From assembly GCA_963748135.1 (NCBI GenBank), contig CAVVHY010000033.1, forward strand, positions 9,821 to 73,820: a stretch of 64,000 nt of DNA, read 5' to 3'. Made by a program: the position numbers and the translations under genes. The stretch comes from an uncultured Gammaproteobacteria bacterium. GTDB lineage: Bacteria > Pseudomonadota > Gammaproteobacteria > JBGSLN01. Below the pieces are notes generated by a model. The model was given only the letters and a program-made list of their open reading frames with translations, was not told where the DNA came from and ran no database searches. Shown one piece after another: positions 20,781-30,974 of the stretch. Position 1 is the first letter of the stretch. The number at the start of each line of letters is the position of its first letter.

Positions 20781-22388
20781 TTATGACTTCGAAGGGCTTG
20801 ATGGCCGGGAGTCATGTGTCGTTGACGCTTGACTTGAGGTGGTTTCAGCATCTGATAATGGTTCATCGTCAGTTGAATCGTCATGATCATCTGGGATAAA
20901 TTCCTTTATCCGGGAAAAGAATTCAAACGCTTGGCTGCTGCGTCTTCTATGTCTGTTAAGTTTGCGCTCTTTTTTAGATAGCTTTGATTCAAGTTCTTGA
21001 ACGTTAGTTTTGAGGGCCTTATTCTCATCCTCAAGTTCCTGGCAGATCGCCTCAAGTACTTCAATGTTTCTATTTTGTGATTGCATCTTCTTCTCAAGCT
21101 CTTTACTTGTTGAATCATTATGCTTTGCAGCCTTTCTTAGCTTTCTCAATTGTTTAATTATTTCATTAAAGCTCGGTCCCAGATTGTAGGTATTATGCGA
21201 GGGCGATTCATCTACTGTCTTCTCAATCGCCTCTGGCTCTTCAGGACTTGAGGTAATCTCAGTCTCAACCACGGCTTCAGGGATATATTGATGAAGATCG
21301 CGTGCAAGTCGTGCTAGCAGATAGGCAGCAGTTCCGCTAATGTGTAACGTATTATTTGTTTCATCAATTTTATAGTTAGTGATTTCATATTTTGGTTGCT
21401 GATATTTTTTGTTTGCATAATCTAGCCATAAATTTAAACGAGCTAAAAACTTATCCTTATCGTTTTCATTGTCTAACAGAATTGCAAGATATCTTTTAGA
21501 TTTATTCCAATTGTTGACATAAATAGTGGTATCAGAGTTCTTTAGAAGCTCTCTCCAAGCAGCCACAAGCTTTCTATCGATCTTCAACTCTTCTTGAGTA
21601 TACTCGGTTAAAAAATCAGGGGCAGGCTCTGATCCCTGAGAATTTTTTCGCCGTCGCTTCTTTTTTCTTCCTTCATTTTTTTGGGATTGCGGTTGTTTTC
21701 TTCGGCGCTTTTTTGTCGGTACCATCTCTACATTGGTAACTTGAGTTTGCGTTTGCGTCTGCGTCTGTGTCGTGGTTTCCATGTCTTCATCATGTGTCAC
21801 GTCAGGCGTATCGGTTTGCATGCTTTGCATTAACTTCTCCTTAATGGTCTTTAACGTCTTTCTTTCTAAATCGTTTAGCGGTATTTGTAATAAAATGTCA
21901 AATAAGTGATTGGTGTCTGGGGGTATTTCGTTAAAATAGGGTAATTTGGATACCGGATATCGATTGACTATGATTTCAGCGATTGCATCACGGTCATTAT
22001 AGTAGCTAATATTAAATCGACTTAGCCAGGTGGATAATGCGAATTTCAGATAGCTTCGATATAAATCTGTAGACTTGAATAGTTGAAAATGACAAGCTAT
22101 TAAGCGAATAATTTGCAAATTAGCGGTATTGGTGTTGGAAGAGGTGGTTAAGGCAATTGTCCGTGTCTTATTAATACTATCAGAGATGCATTTTTGAAGT
22201 CTCTCGGCAACATCTTCTTCCTCAGCATCATTGTGATTAAATCGGATTCTGTATCTGAAAAGATATCCTGTGATCTGAACTATTCGATTTGCAGACTGTT
22301 CATAGTTAAACGGCGCGAGTTGATTACAAGCTTCAAGCTTTTGAATTGGGAGCAATAATTTCTGAATTACAAGGCGCATCTTATGCAT
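20781..22388 (-). CDS. hypothetical protein, candidate Dot/Icm effector (coiled-coil, TQ repeat, bipartite-NLS-like basic patch)
   Basis: 535 aa with no bacterial family recognised. Contains TQTQTQTQTQ, KKRRRKQPQSQKNEGRKKKRRRK, a C-terminal coiled-coil (LEDENKALKTNVQELESKLSKKERKL) and a Ser-rich tail. Confidence 0.5.
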   Translation of the reverse strand: MHKMRLVIQKLLLPIQKLEACNQLAPFNYEQSANRIVQITGYLFRYRIRFNHNDAEEEDVAERLQKCISDSINKTRTIALTTSSNTNTANLQIIRLIACHFQLFKSTDLYRSYLKFALSTWLSRFNISYYNDRDAIAEIIVNRYPVSKLPYFNEIPPDTNHLFDILLQIPLNDLERKTLKTIKEKLMQSMQTDTPDVTHDEDMETTTQTQTQTQTQVTNVEMVPTKKRRRKQPQSQKNEGRKKKRRRKNSQGSEPAPDFLTEYTQEELKIDRKLVAAWRELLKNSDTTIYVNNWNKSKRYLAILLDNENDKDKFLARLNLWLDYANKKYQQPKYEITNYKIDETNNTLHISGTAAYLLARLARDLHQYIPEAVVETEITSSPEEPEAIEKTVDESPSHNTYNLGPSFNEIIKQLRKLRKAAKHNDSTSKELEKKMQSQNRNIEVLEAICQELEDENKALKTNVQELESKLSKKERKLNRHRRRSSQAFEFFSRIKEFIPDDHDDSTDDEPLSDAETTSSQASTTHDSRPSSPSKS

Positions 22389-22693
22389 GGTATCTCCTAC
22401 AAAAGATTAATTGCCTGAAGTATAACCATATATTATGATTTAAGTAATATTAAAAAAGGACAGGCTTATTGTGAATTTTGACAAATAGATGCTATATGAA
22501 TCTTGAATATACCCTTGTCGGAAGCGATTTAGGGCGCTATCAGTGCCTACTTATTTTGTTGGAAACTTAGGTATTAAACAAATTTGTCTAATGAGCTGTT
22601 AGGCGTTAATTAAATAGTTCTGCTAACTTTTCACCTGGATTGCAGCCCGCATAAATGTTTCACCGATCAAGAAGCTATAAATGCCATGCTGCA

Positions 22694-23417
22694 TCATGTA
22701 TTGTACATCATCATGCGTTCAATACCGCTTTCAGTCACTACAATTCTATTATCAGGAATGAATTCTTTTAACCGAATGCTAATTTCGATATTGGTCTCAA
22801 AGGTCTTTAAGTTGCGATTATTAATGCCAATCAATGGCGTCTTTAATTGTAATGCTCGACTTAATTCAATTTCATCATGCACCTCAACCAAGACCGCCAA
22901 ATTTAATTTATGTGCCAGCCTTTCAAATTCGTTTAGCTCGGCATCATTTAATGCGGCGACTATTAGTAAAATACAATCTGCACCCAAGACTCTTGATTCA
23001 TAGATTTGATATGGTTCAATAATGAAATCTTTACGTAAAATAGGTAAATCAATACTCTGCTCTAACGGCTCTTAGATATTTGTCATGACCCTGGAAAAAA
23101 TGTTCATCGGTTAAAATAGACAGACAAGTTGCACCAGCGCGAAGATAACTTTGTGCTATTGCAATTGGCTCAAAATGTTCTCTAATAACGCTTTTTGATG
23201 GCGATGCCTTTTTGATTTCAGCAATCACGGCTGCCTTATGTTGCATCACTTTATCATTAATAGCTGCAACAAAATCAAGTGGATTATGTAATTCATTAAT
23301 TTGCTGGCATAAATTTTTCAAGGAGGTCTTTTGCTTACGTTGTTCAACTTCATTTCTTTTATGGGCAATAATCTTATCTAAAATATTATTCATGCTAAAA
23401 CCTATTGCTAAATTCAA
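22694..23417 (-). pseudogene. trpC: indole-3-glycerol-phosphate synthase trpC, disrupted by a frameshift
   Basis: N-terminal ORF (23049..23417) ends ...[12 protein letters not shown]. The next conserved block [28 protein letters not shown] continues in the +1 frame. The C-terminal ORF (22694..22987) starts internally at MGADCILL. Confidence 0.7.
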
Positions 23418-24418
23418 TATATGCTAAAAACTTTGCCTTGGCTTGACCTTCGGCAATAACGCTACGTGCTGATTCAATCCCTTGGGCAATTGATTCGGTA
23501 AGCTCCGCGCAATAGATGGCGGCGCCACTATTTAACAATACAATGTCCAGGGCAGGGCCTTTAACATTATCCAATACATCATTAATTATCGTTAAGCTTT
23601 GCTCAGCACTATTCACCACTAAGGGTTGTAGTGATTGTCGCTGCATACCAAAATCTTCTGGCGCTAACATGTATGCTTTTATGTGGCCTTGATTTAATTC
23701 ACAGACATGAGTTGCTGCGGCGATACTGATTTCATCCAAACCATCTTCAGCGTAGCACGATGAGACTTCGTTGACTGTCTAGGCGCTGATAAACTTTAGC
23801 AAATGGTTGTAACCATTTTTAATCATAGACACCGATGAGTTGGTATTTAATATTTGCTGGATTAGTTAAGGGGCCTAATAAATTAAAGATGGTACGTACA
23901 CCTAATGTTTTTCTAATGTTACGTACATGTTGCATCGCCATATGATGCATGGGGGCATATAAAAATCCAATCCCTAATTCTTTTACAGCTAACGCAACTT
24001 GTTCTGGTGTTAATTCAACATTAACACCCGCCTCGGATAATACATCAGCACTTCCAGATTTGCTTGAAACCGAACGATTGCCATGTTTGGCAACGGTACC
24101 ACTTGCTGCCGCAACAATAAAACTCGTTGCCGTTGATATATTAAAGGTATTACTACCATCACCGCCGGTACCAACAATATCAAGACAATTTTTACTCTGG
24201 ATGGGTATGGGTATGGCTAATTCACGCATGACTTTCGCAGCAGTATATAATTCGGTAACACTTTCACCTTTCATCCGTAAGGCAATGAGGAAAGCAGCAA
24301 TCTCGGTATCGCTCATTTGCGAAGACATAATGGCTAACATCAATTGCTGCATTTCGGTTTCAGTTAAATCTTGAAAATGGATGAGCTTTTGCAAATGTGC
24401 CTGAAATTCAATAGCCAT
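23395..24418 (-). pseudogene. trpD: anthranilate phosphoribosyltransferase trpD, disrupted by an in-frame stop plus a frameshift
   Basis: N-terminal ORF ends ...LIGVYD then TAA. The conserved block PFAKVYQRLDSQRSLIVL follows in the same frame, then TGA. The C-terminal part (DGLDEISIAAAT...) is in another frame. That makes two independent lesions. Confidence 0.8.
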
Positions 24419-24433
24419 TAATGATTAACCTAT

Positions 24434-25108
24434 CTAATTCAATTCATCGCGCATTGCTGAAATAATCGTTGTGTAATTGTCCGCATTAAAGATCGCAGAA
24501 CCCGCAACAAAGGTATCGGCACCCGCTTGTGCTATCTGGGCGATATTATCGACTTTGACGCCACCATCGATCTCTAAACGGATATCGCCACCATGGTCGT
24601 CTATGATTTTTCGTGCAATTCGTAATTTATCAAGCGCTTGTGGAATAAACTTTTGCCCACCAAAACCTGGATTGACTGACATGATCAATACCATTGCTAA
24701 ATCATCAAGGACATGGTCGAGAAAATTTAACGGGGTTGCGGGATTGAATACCAAACCAGGTTTGCAACCGTGATCTTTGATCAATTGGATCGTACGATGC
24801 ACATGTTGGCTCGCCTCGGGATGAAAGGTAATATAATTTGCCCCGGCCTTGACAAATGCTGGGATGATGTCATCAACCGGTGAAATCATTAGGTGAACAT
24901 CGAGATCTGCGGTGATGCCATAATTGCGTAAGGCTTGGCACACCATGGGGCCCATAGTGAGATTGGGAACATAGTGATTGTCCATGACATCGACATGAAT
25001 GAGATCGGCGCCAGCCGCCAACACCGTTTTGACTTCTTCTCCCAGTCGTGCAAAATCAGCAGCCAAAATTGAAGGCGCAATGAAATAATTAGTCATTATC
25101 GTTGGCAT
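24434..25108 (-). CDS. rpe: ribulose-phosphate 3-epimerase
   Basis: 224 aa. [14 protein letters not shown]...[17 protein letters not shown] is typical of Rpe. Confidence 0.85.
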   Translation of the reverse strand: MPTIMTNYFIAPSILAADFARLGEEVKTVLAAGADLIHVDVMDNHYVPNLTMGPMVCQALRNYGITADLDVHLMISPVDDIIPAFVKAGANYITFHPEASQHVHRTIQLIKDHGCKPGLVFNPATPLNFLDHVLDDLAMVLIMSVNPGFGGQKFIPQALDKLRIARKIIDDHGGDIRLEIDGGVKVDNIAQIAQAGADTFVAGSAIFNADNYTTIISAMRDELN

Positions 25109-25595
25109 CCTTATTTTTTATAATCGAAATTGAACAATGTCGCATATTGTGTTTTTTGAAATATTGTTGATGATACTCTTCTGCGCGATAAAAATCTCTG
25201 GCTTTAGTAATTTCAGTTGCGATAGGGGCGTTGAAACGCTTGCTTTGGTTTAACTCTATTATGGCTTGTTCTGCTATTTGTCGCTGGGTCTCATCGTGAT
25301 AAAAGATAGCTGAGCGATATTGATCCCCCACATCCAAGCCTTGGCGATTCTTTTGTGTTGGGTCATGGATTTGCCAAAACACGGACAGTAATTCTTGGTA
25401 ATTGATTTGTTCGGGGTCATATTCAATACGTACCGCTTCTGCATGGCCGGTATCGTGACCACAAACTTGCTCATAGCTGGGGTCAATCGTATGCCCCCCG
25501 GTATAACCGACTTCGACAGCAATAACGCCGGGGACTTGGCGGAAGGCATCTTCAACACCCCAGAAACAACCGGCGGCAAATGTTGCAATGGCCAT
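25089..25595 (-). CDS. msrA: peptide-methionine (S)-S-oxide reductase MsrA
   Basis: [15 protein letters not shown] active-site motif. 168 aa. Confidence 0.85.
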   Translation of the reverse strand: MAIATFAAGCFWGVEDAFRQVPGVIAVEVGYTGGHTIDPSYEQVCGHDTGHAEAVRIEYDPEQINYQELLSVFWQIHDPTQKNRQGLDVGDQYRSAIFYHDETQRQIAEQAIIELNQSKRFNAPIATEITKARDFYRAEEYHQQYFKKHNMRHCSISIIKNKDANDND

Positions 25596-25714
25596 ATAGT
25601 GAATCCTCTTTATGACGGATAATACTGACTAGTTCGCCCTAGCTTACTAGAAAATTAGCCTCAGATTAAGTATAGTGCACTGTTAAATGATGGTCTATTT
25701 AGAGAGAATGAATC

Positions 25715-27025
25715 GTGCGCAGAATTTATAGTTTAGTCTTTTGGTTATTACTTCCGTTTATTATACTACGTTTATTGTGGCGATCGCGCAAAGCACCAGC
25801 CTATCGTCGGCGTATGTTAGAACGCTTGGCATTATTTAAGGCATTGCAACAAGGCGGCCTTTGGGTGCACGCCGTTTCTTTAGGTGAGGTTATTGCGGCG
25901 ACACCGCTAATCAAGCGATTTCAGCAGCAATATCCTGATGCGCCAGTGACCATTACCACGATGACTCCCACCGGTTCGCAAAAGGTCATCCAGACCTTTG
26001 GCGACACGGTCTTTCATGTCTATCTTCCCTATGATATTCCAAGTATTATCAACCGATTTTTGAATAAACTAAGACCGGAAGTGTTGGTCATCATAGAAAC
26101 TGAATTATGGCCCAACATGATCCACTGCGCGCGCAAACGGGGTATTAAAATTTTATTAGCAAATGCGCGATTATCTGCGCGCTCAGCAAGAAATTATCAA
26201 CGGATCGCCAAGATAACCAAGACGATGTTGTGTCAAATCGATTGTATTGCAACGCAGACTGAAATTGAAAAACAACGCTATGTGAAACTAGGCATGCCAA
26301 GTGACAGGGTTATGGTAACAGGCAGTATTAAATTTGATATTGCACCACCAAAAGATTTGGCCGATAAGACGGAGGCCTTACGCCGTATGCTAGGGCCTAC
26401 CCGCGATATTTTGATTGCTGCAAGTACCCACGATAATGAAGAACAACAAATCTTGGAGATATTTAGTAAAGTCCGACAATCATTGCCTAATCTCTTATTA
26501 TTATTGGTACCGCGCCATCCGGATCGCTTTAATGATGTGATCCAATTGTGTAAACGACAAGGTTTTAATATTGTTTTGCGCAGTGAGAATCAAGCTTGCT
26601 CATCAAACACTGATGTTTTTATTGGTAATACGATGGGTGAAATGATGTTGTTTTACTCTGTGTGTGATGTGGCATTTGTGGGTGGTAGCTTGGTTCCGGT
26701 TGGTGGACATAATTTGTTAGAACCTGCTGCGTTAGCCAAAGCTGCCATTACCGGGCCCCATATGCATAACTTTTTAGAGATTACACAGATGCTATTAAAC
26801 GCTAATGCGATTATGCAAATTAATAATCAGGATGAATTGGCCAATGCCGTGATCAAATATCTTAATGATGCTGAATTAAGGCAACGTGCTGGCGAGGCAG
26901 GTCGCCAAGTCGTGTTACAAAATCGCGGTGCATTGCAAAAGCAATTTGATTTATTACAAGGATTGTACGAGACAAAAAGTGATGCGACTGCACAAGCAAG
27001 AGTGGAATTGGGAGCGGAGCTCTAG
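25715..27025 (+). CDS. waaA: 3-deoxy-D-manno-octulosonic acid (Kdo) transferase WaaA/KdtA
   Basis: 436 aa. N-terminal membrane anchor. VHAVSLGEVIAATPLIKRF and glycosyltransferase family 30 architecture. Confidence 0.8.
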   Translation: MRRIYSLVFWLLLPFIILRLLWRSRKAPAYRRRMLERLALFKALQQGGLWVHAVSLGEVIAATPLIKRFQQQYPDAPVTITTMTPTGSQKVIQTFGDTVFHVYLPYDIPSIINRFLNKLRPEVLVIIETELWPNMIHCARKRGIKILLANARLSARSARNYQRIAKITKTMLCQIDCIATQTEIEKQRYVKLGMPSDRVMVTGSIKFDIAPPKDLADKTEALRRMLGPTRDILIAASTHDNEEQQILEIFSKVRQSLPNLLLLLVPRHPDRFNDVIQLCKRQGFNIVLRSENQACSSNTDVFIGNTMGEMMLFYSVCDVAFVGGSLVPVGGHNLLEPAALAKAAITGPHMHNFLEITQMLLNANAIMQINNQDELANAVIKYLNDAELRQRAGEAGRQVVLQNRGALQKQFDLLQGLYETKSDATAQARVELGAEL

Positions 27026-27112
27026 GCTAGGACTGGAGATAATATGCATGATCATGGATTATAATGAACTATATTCAAACGATATTTCATATTTTGCATT
27101 AGGAGCCATGCC

Positions 27113-28336
27113 TTGGAAATCTATTTAGTCGGTGGGGCCGTACGCGATAAACTCTTGCATCGCACTGTGACTGAAAGAGATTGGGTGGTAGTAGGTGCTA
27201 CGCCAGAGCAGATGCTAGATTTAGGCTATCAACCGGTGGGTCAAGACTTCCCCGTTTTTTTGCATCCTCAGACTAAAGAAGAATATGCCTTGGCACGTAC
27301 CGAACGTAAAAGTGGACGTGGTTACAAGGGTTTTACCTTTCATACCTCCGCTGATGTTAGTTTGATCGATGATCTTAAGCGCCGCGACTTGACTATCAAT
27401 GCGATGGCAATGGCAGATGATGGTCGTCTTATTGATCCATTTCATGGGCAACAAGATTTAGAACAAAAGCTTTTACGTCATGTGTCAAATGCCTTTGTTG
27501 AAGACCCGGTACGGATATTACGTGTTGCTCGGTTTTATGCACGTTTTGCGCCCTTGGGATTTGCGATCGCTAATGAAACGATGCAATTGATGCGTGCTAT
27601 GGTAATAAATAATGAAGTAGATTACTTGGTCCCAGAGCGTATTTGCCAAGAGATGTTTAAGGCTTTGCAAGAGCCTGCGCCTGAGAAATTTTTTGAAGCT
27701 TTACGTAGCTGTGGTGCCTTGAGACGGATCTTCCCTGAATTGGATCAATTATATGGAGTGCCAAATAAGCCGGAATGGCATCCTGAGATAGATAGCGGCG
27801 TGCACAATATGATGGTATTACAACAAGCGACGCGTTTATCTGACGACGTAGAGATCCGTTTTGCTGCATTATTACATGATTTAGGTAAAGGCATTACCGA
27901 TAAATCCATTTGGCCGAGTCATCATGGTCATGAAGAAAAAGGGGTGGATTTAGTCAAACAATTTTGTCAGCGTTTAAAAGCGCCAAAAAATTTGCGTGAT
28001 ATTGCCATACTAACTTCCCGCTATCATGGTGATATTCATAAGGCAGAGGAGTTACGCCCTGGGACAATTCATGATGTATTAGCAAATTTAGATGCGTTTC
28101 GTAGACCAGAACGCTTCGAAAAAATATTACTAGCCTCTGAGGCCGATGCCAAAGGGCGTCCAGGCCATGAAGACGAAGAATATCCACAACGGAAACTATT
28201 CATGAAATGGTTTTATGCTGCCAAGAGTGTTGATATTAAATCATTAGTTGCTAAAGGTTATCAAGGAGAAGAGCTTAAGGCGCAGATCCGTCAAGTACGT
28301 ATCAAGGCAATTAAAGGAATTAAGAGGGAAAGTTAG
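27113..28336 (+). CDS. cca: multifunctional CCA tRNA nucleotidyltransferase with HD phosphohydrolase domain
   Basis: MEIYLVGGAVRDKLL...DLTINAMA head domain plus HD motif (LLHDLGKG). Confidence 0.85.
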   Translation: MEIYLVGGAVRDKLLHRTVTERDWVVVGATPEQMLDLGYQPVGQDFPVFLHPQTKEEYALARTERKSGRGYKGFTFHTSADVSLIDDLKRRDLTINAMAMADDGRLIDPFHGQQDLEQKLLRHVSNAFVEDPVRILRVARFYARFAPLGFAIANETMQLMRAMVINNEVDYLVPERICQEMFKALQEPAPEKFFEALRSCGALRRIFPELDQLYGVPNKPEWHPEIDSGVHNMMVLQQATRLSDDVEIRFAALLHDLGKGITDKSIWPSHHGHEEKGVDLVKQFCQRLKAPKNLRDIAILTSRYHGDIHKAEELRPGTIHDVLANLDAFRRPERFEKILLASEADAKGRPGHEDEEYPQRKLFMKWFYAAKSVDIKSLVAKGYQGEELKAQIRQVRIKAIKGIKRES

Positions 28337-28345
28337 TTTAGCAAC

Positions 28346-28386
28346 TCCCTCACCCTCTTGGGGGAGAGGGGAGGGTGAGGGGGTTC
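28346..28386. repeat. GC-rich palindromic element, copy C (single-arm hairpin form) directly after the cca stop
   Basis: ctccctcaccctcttgggggagaggggagggtgagggggtt. Stem ccctcaccctc/gagggtgaggg. May serve as a terminator. Confidence 0.75.
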
Positions 28387-28704
28387 AAAAAATATCCATA
28401 TTTTATTTTTTATTTGCATTCTCTCAAATCTCTACTAAATTAAAATTATAAGCATTCACGAAACCACATGATGTGAATCAGGGAATCTGCGTTTAACATG
28501 GTGTGCAGGCTGACATTGGGGGGTTGAGGGGAACAAAGTCAGAAGCCTAAAGTGTTAACAGGATACCCACTTATCAGACGTGTGATGGTTTCGAGAATGC
28601 TTTCTTTTTTTACTATTTTTATAAAACCTTGTCTAAGTCTAACTCTGAGTCTATGTCTGAGTCCTTTCTCTCTAACCCTTTAATTTAACTGTCGCCATTG
28701 AAAT

Positions 28705-29799
28705 TTATTCCACAATAAATTCCAATTCGCCCGCCTCTGAGGGTGCAAAATAACGTTCAACCATGGTTTTGCTCACCGCCGCAATAGTGTCCGGTTGCCA
28801 TTTGGGTGATTTATCTTTATCAATGACTTGCGCCCGTATGCCCTCGAAGAAATCATGTTGGCGGACGAATTCTGCAGTCATGCGATATTCCATTTGCATA
28901 CATTCATCAAAACTCATATGTTCAGCGCGTTTGATTTGCTCGAATGTGACTAGTAAACTGGTGGGCGATCGCTTTTGCAATTCTTGTAACGTATGCTGGC
29001 TCCACTCATGATTATCATTGGCTAGGGATTCAAGTATCGCGATTAACCTTTTGCCCCCAAAGTGTTTATTGATTAATTCACTTTGCATAGTCAATTTGGC
29101 ATGACCTGGATCGATACTAAACTCTTCTAACAATTGAAAAATATGCGTATCCACTTGTTCATTTAGATGGGTATTGGCTAAGACTTCAATAAAGGTATCG
29201 ATTTGCGCGCTACCGATCACTTGTTTTACCAAACCTAACGTGATTGCATCCGCAGCATTAATCGTAACACCCGTTAATGCTAGGTATAGCCCAATATAAC
29301 CTGGCATACGTGAAAAAAAGTAACTCGCGCCAATATCAGGATAAAAGCCAATAATTGTTTCTGGCATAGCGATGCGAAAATTTTCTGTCGCGATAGGATG
29401 ACTGCTATGAATTGAAATACCGACGCCACCACCTAAGGTTAAGCCATTTAGTAAGGCTATTAACGGCTTTGGGAAGTGTTTAATAAAATGATCCAGCGCA
29501 TATTCGGTATGAAAGTATTGATAAACCTTTTGCGTTTGCTCGCGTAAGCCATAAACTTCTTTGATATCGCCACCGGCACAAAAGGCGCGGCCATCGGCTG
29601 CAGTCAGCACCACGGTCTTAATGTTATCGGCATAGGCCCAACGTTTTAAGATAAAGGTCAACGCCTCAAACATATCATAGTTTAAGGCGTTTAATGCTTT
29701 GGGTCGATTTAACGTAATAACCCCGATGTCACCGCCGCGACCGCGGATTGTGCGAGTCAGGATATCGGTAGTTGTATCCGGTGATATTTCAGTCGCCAT
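28705..29799 (-). CDS. enoyl-CoA hydratase/isomerase family protein, 3-hydroxyisobutyryl-CoA hydrolase-like
   Basis: 364 aa crotonase fold (GVITLNRPKALNAL...FCAGGDIK). The length and C-terminal extension fit the HIBCH subgroup. Confidence 0.65.
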   Translation of the reverse strand: MATEISPDTTTDILTRTIRGRGGDIGVITLNRPKALNALNYDMFEALTFILKRWAYADNIKTVVLTAADGRAFCAGGDIKEVYGLREQTQKVYQYFHTEYALDHFIKHFPKPLIALLNGLTLGGGVGISIHSSHPIATENFRIAMPETIIGFYPDIGASYFFSRMPGYIGLYLALTGVTINAADAITLGLVKQVIGSAQIDTFIEVLANTHLNEQVDTHIFQLLEEFSIDPGHAKLTMQSELINKHFGGKRLIAILESLANDNHEWSQHTLQELQKRSPTSLLVTFEQIKRAEHMSFDECMQMEYRMTAEFVRQHDFFEGIRAQVIDKDKSPKWQPDTIAAVSKTMVERYFAPSEAGELEFIVE

Positions 29800-29849
29800 A
29801 ATTAATTATTATCCTAGAATCATTATAATTTCAATAGCCGGTTCTAGAA

Positions 29850-30641
29850 TTATTCTCCTTTAAAATCAGCTTTGCGTTTCTGTAAAAAAGCATTTACCCC
29901 TTCAGCCTTGTCTGCCGTCGCACAACATAGACCAAAATGGCTGGCTTCTAATTCCAGGGCTTCTTCGATTGGTAAATCATAACCTTGATCGATAACCTGT
30001 AACACGCTTGCAATTGCCACAGGTCCATTCTGTAAAATCTCGGCCAAAAGGGTGCGCGCGGTTGGCAATAAACTCTTTGGCTCAGTTACATTTGTGACGA
30101 GACCCCAATTGAGCGCTTGTTCAGCCTTGATATTATGGCCTGACATACACATTGCCAAGGCACGGCCTTTACCAACAACACGCGCCAAACGTTGGGTACC
30201 ACCATAACCAGGAATGACACCCAATTTTACTTCGGGTTGGCCGAAGAGGGCATTGTCAGATGCAAGTCGTATCGAGCAAGCGAGCGACAATTCACAACCA
30301 CCGCCTAAAGCGAAACCGTTGACGGCCGCCAATGTTGGTTTACCCATTGTTTCTAAACGGCGAAATACACGTTGTCCGCGTTTGGCAAATTGGTATGCCT
30401 GATGTGCATTCAACTCTGCTAATTCATTGATATCCGCACCGGCACAAAAGGCCTTTTCGCCATGTCCGGTGAGTAATACCGCTTTGGTCTGTGGGTCTTG
30501 CGCGGCTTGTGCGATGACCTCGTCTAATTCGCTGATTAATAGTTGATTCAAGGCATTGAGCTTATCTGGTCGATGGAGTTCGATTTGTAAGATATGATGT
30601 TCGCAGCGGGTGACGTTTAGGGTTTGTAGATTGTCTATCAT
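29850..30641 (-). CDS. enoyl-CoA hydratase (crotonase)
   Basis: 263 aa. LNRPDKLNAL...FCAGADI...GGGCELSLACS motifs. Confidence 0.75.
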   Translation of the reverse strand: MIDNLQTLNVTRCEHHILQIELHRPDKLNALNQLLISELDEVIAQAAQDPQTKAVLLTGHGEKAFCAGADINELAELNAHQAYQFAKRGQRVFRRLETMGKPTLAAVNGFALGGGCELSLACSIRLASDNALFGQPEVKLGVIPGYGGTQRLARVVGKGRALAMCMSGHNIKAEQALNWGLVTNVTEPKSLLPTARTLLAEILQNGPVAIASVLQVIDQGYDLPIEEALELEASHFGLCCATADKAEGVNAFLQKRKADFKGE

Positions 30642-30739
30642 ATGATCTCCTTGGTTATCATTGTAAATATCTTATTGATACGTTAATTAATTTTATTAGA
30701 GTATATAGGCTATATTAATATTGATGTAGGGTAGAGTCT

Positions 30740-30919
30740 ATGGTTAATCAAGTACAATCTCCATGCGTTGCCATTTGTCAGTTAGACGATGATGATTTAT
30801 ATTGTATCGGCTGTTATCGCCTACGCGAGGAAATCGCTGCCTGGAGCCAATTAACCAACCAACAAAAGCAAGATGTTTTAAATAAGTTACCTGCACGTCG
30901 TGACTCACTTGCAAAATGA
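30740..30919 (+). CDS. small Cys-rich DUF1289-like (Fe-S-type) protein
   Basis: 59 aa. SPCVAICQLDDDDLYCIGCYRLREEIAAWSQL matches the DUF1289 Cx3Cx..CxGCxRTxxEIxxW pattern. Preferred over the overlapping minus-strand ORF 30744..31016. Confidence 0.5.
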   Translation: MVNQVQSPCVAICQLDDDDLYCIGCYRLREEIAAWSQLTNQQKQDVLNKLPARRDSLAK

Positions 30920-30974
30920 TGTGGATTGATTTAAAAAGATGTCCAAAGATTTGCCGTATTAAGGAGATTTCCAG

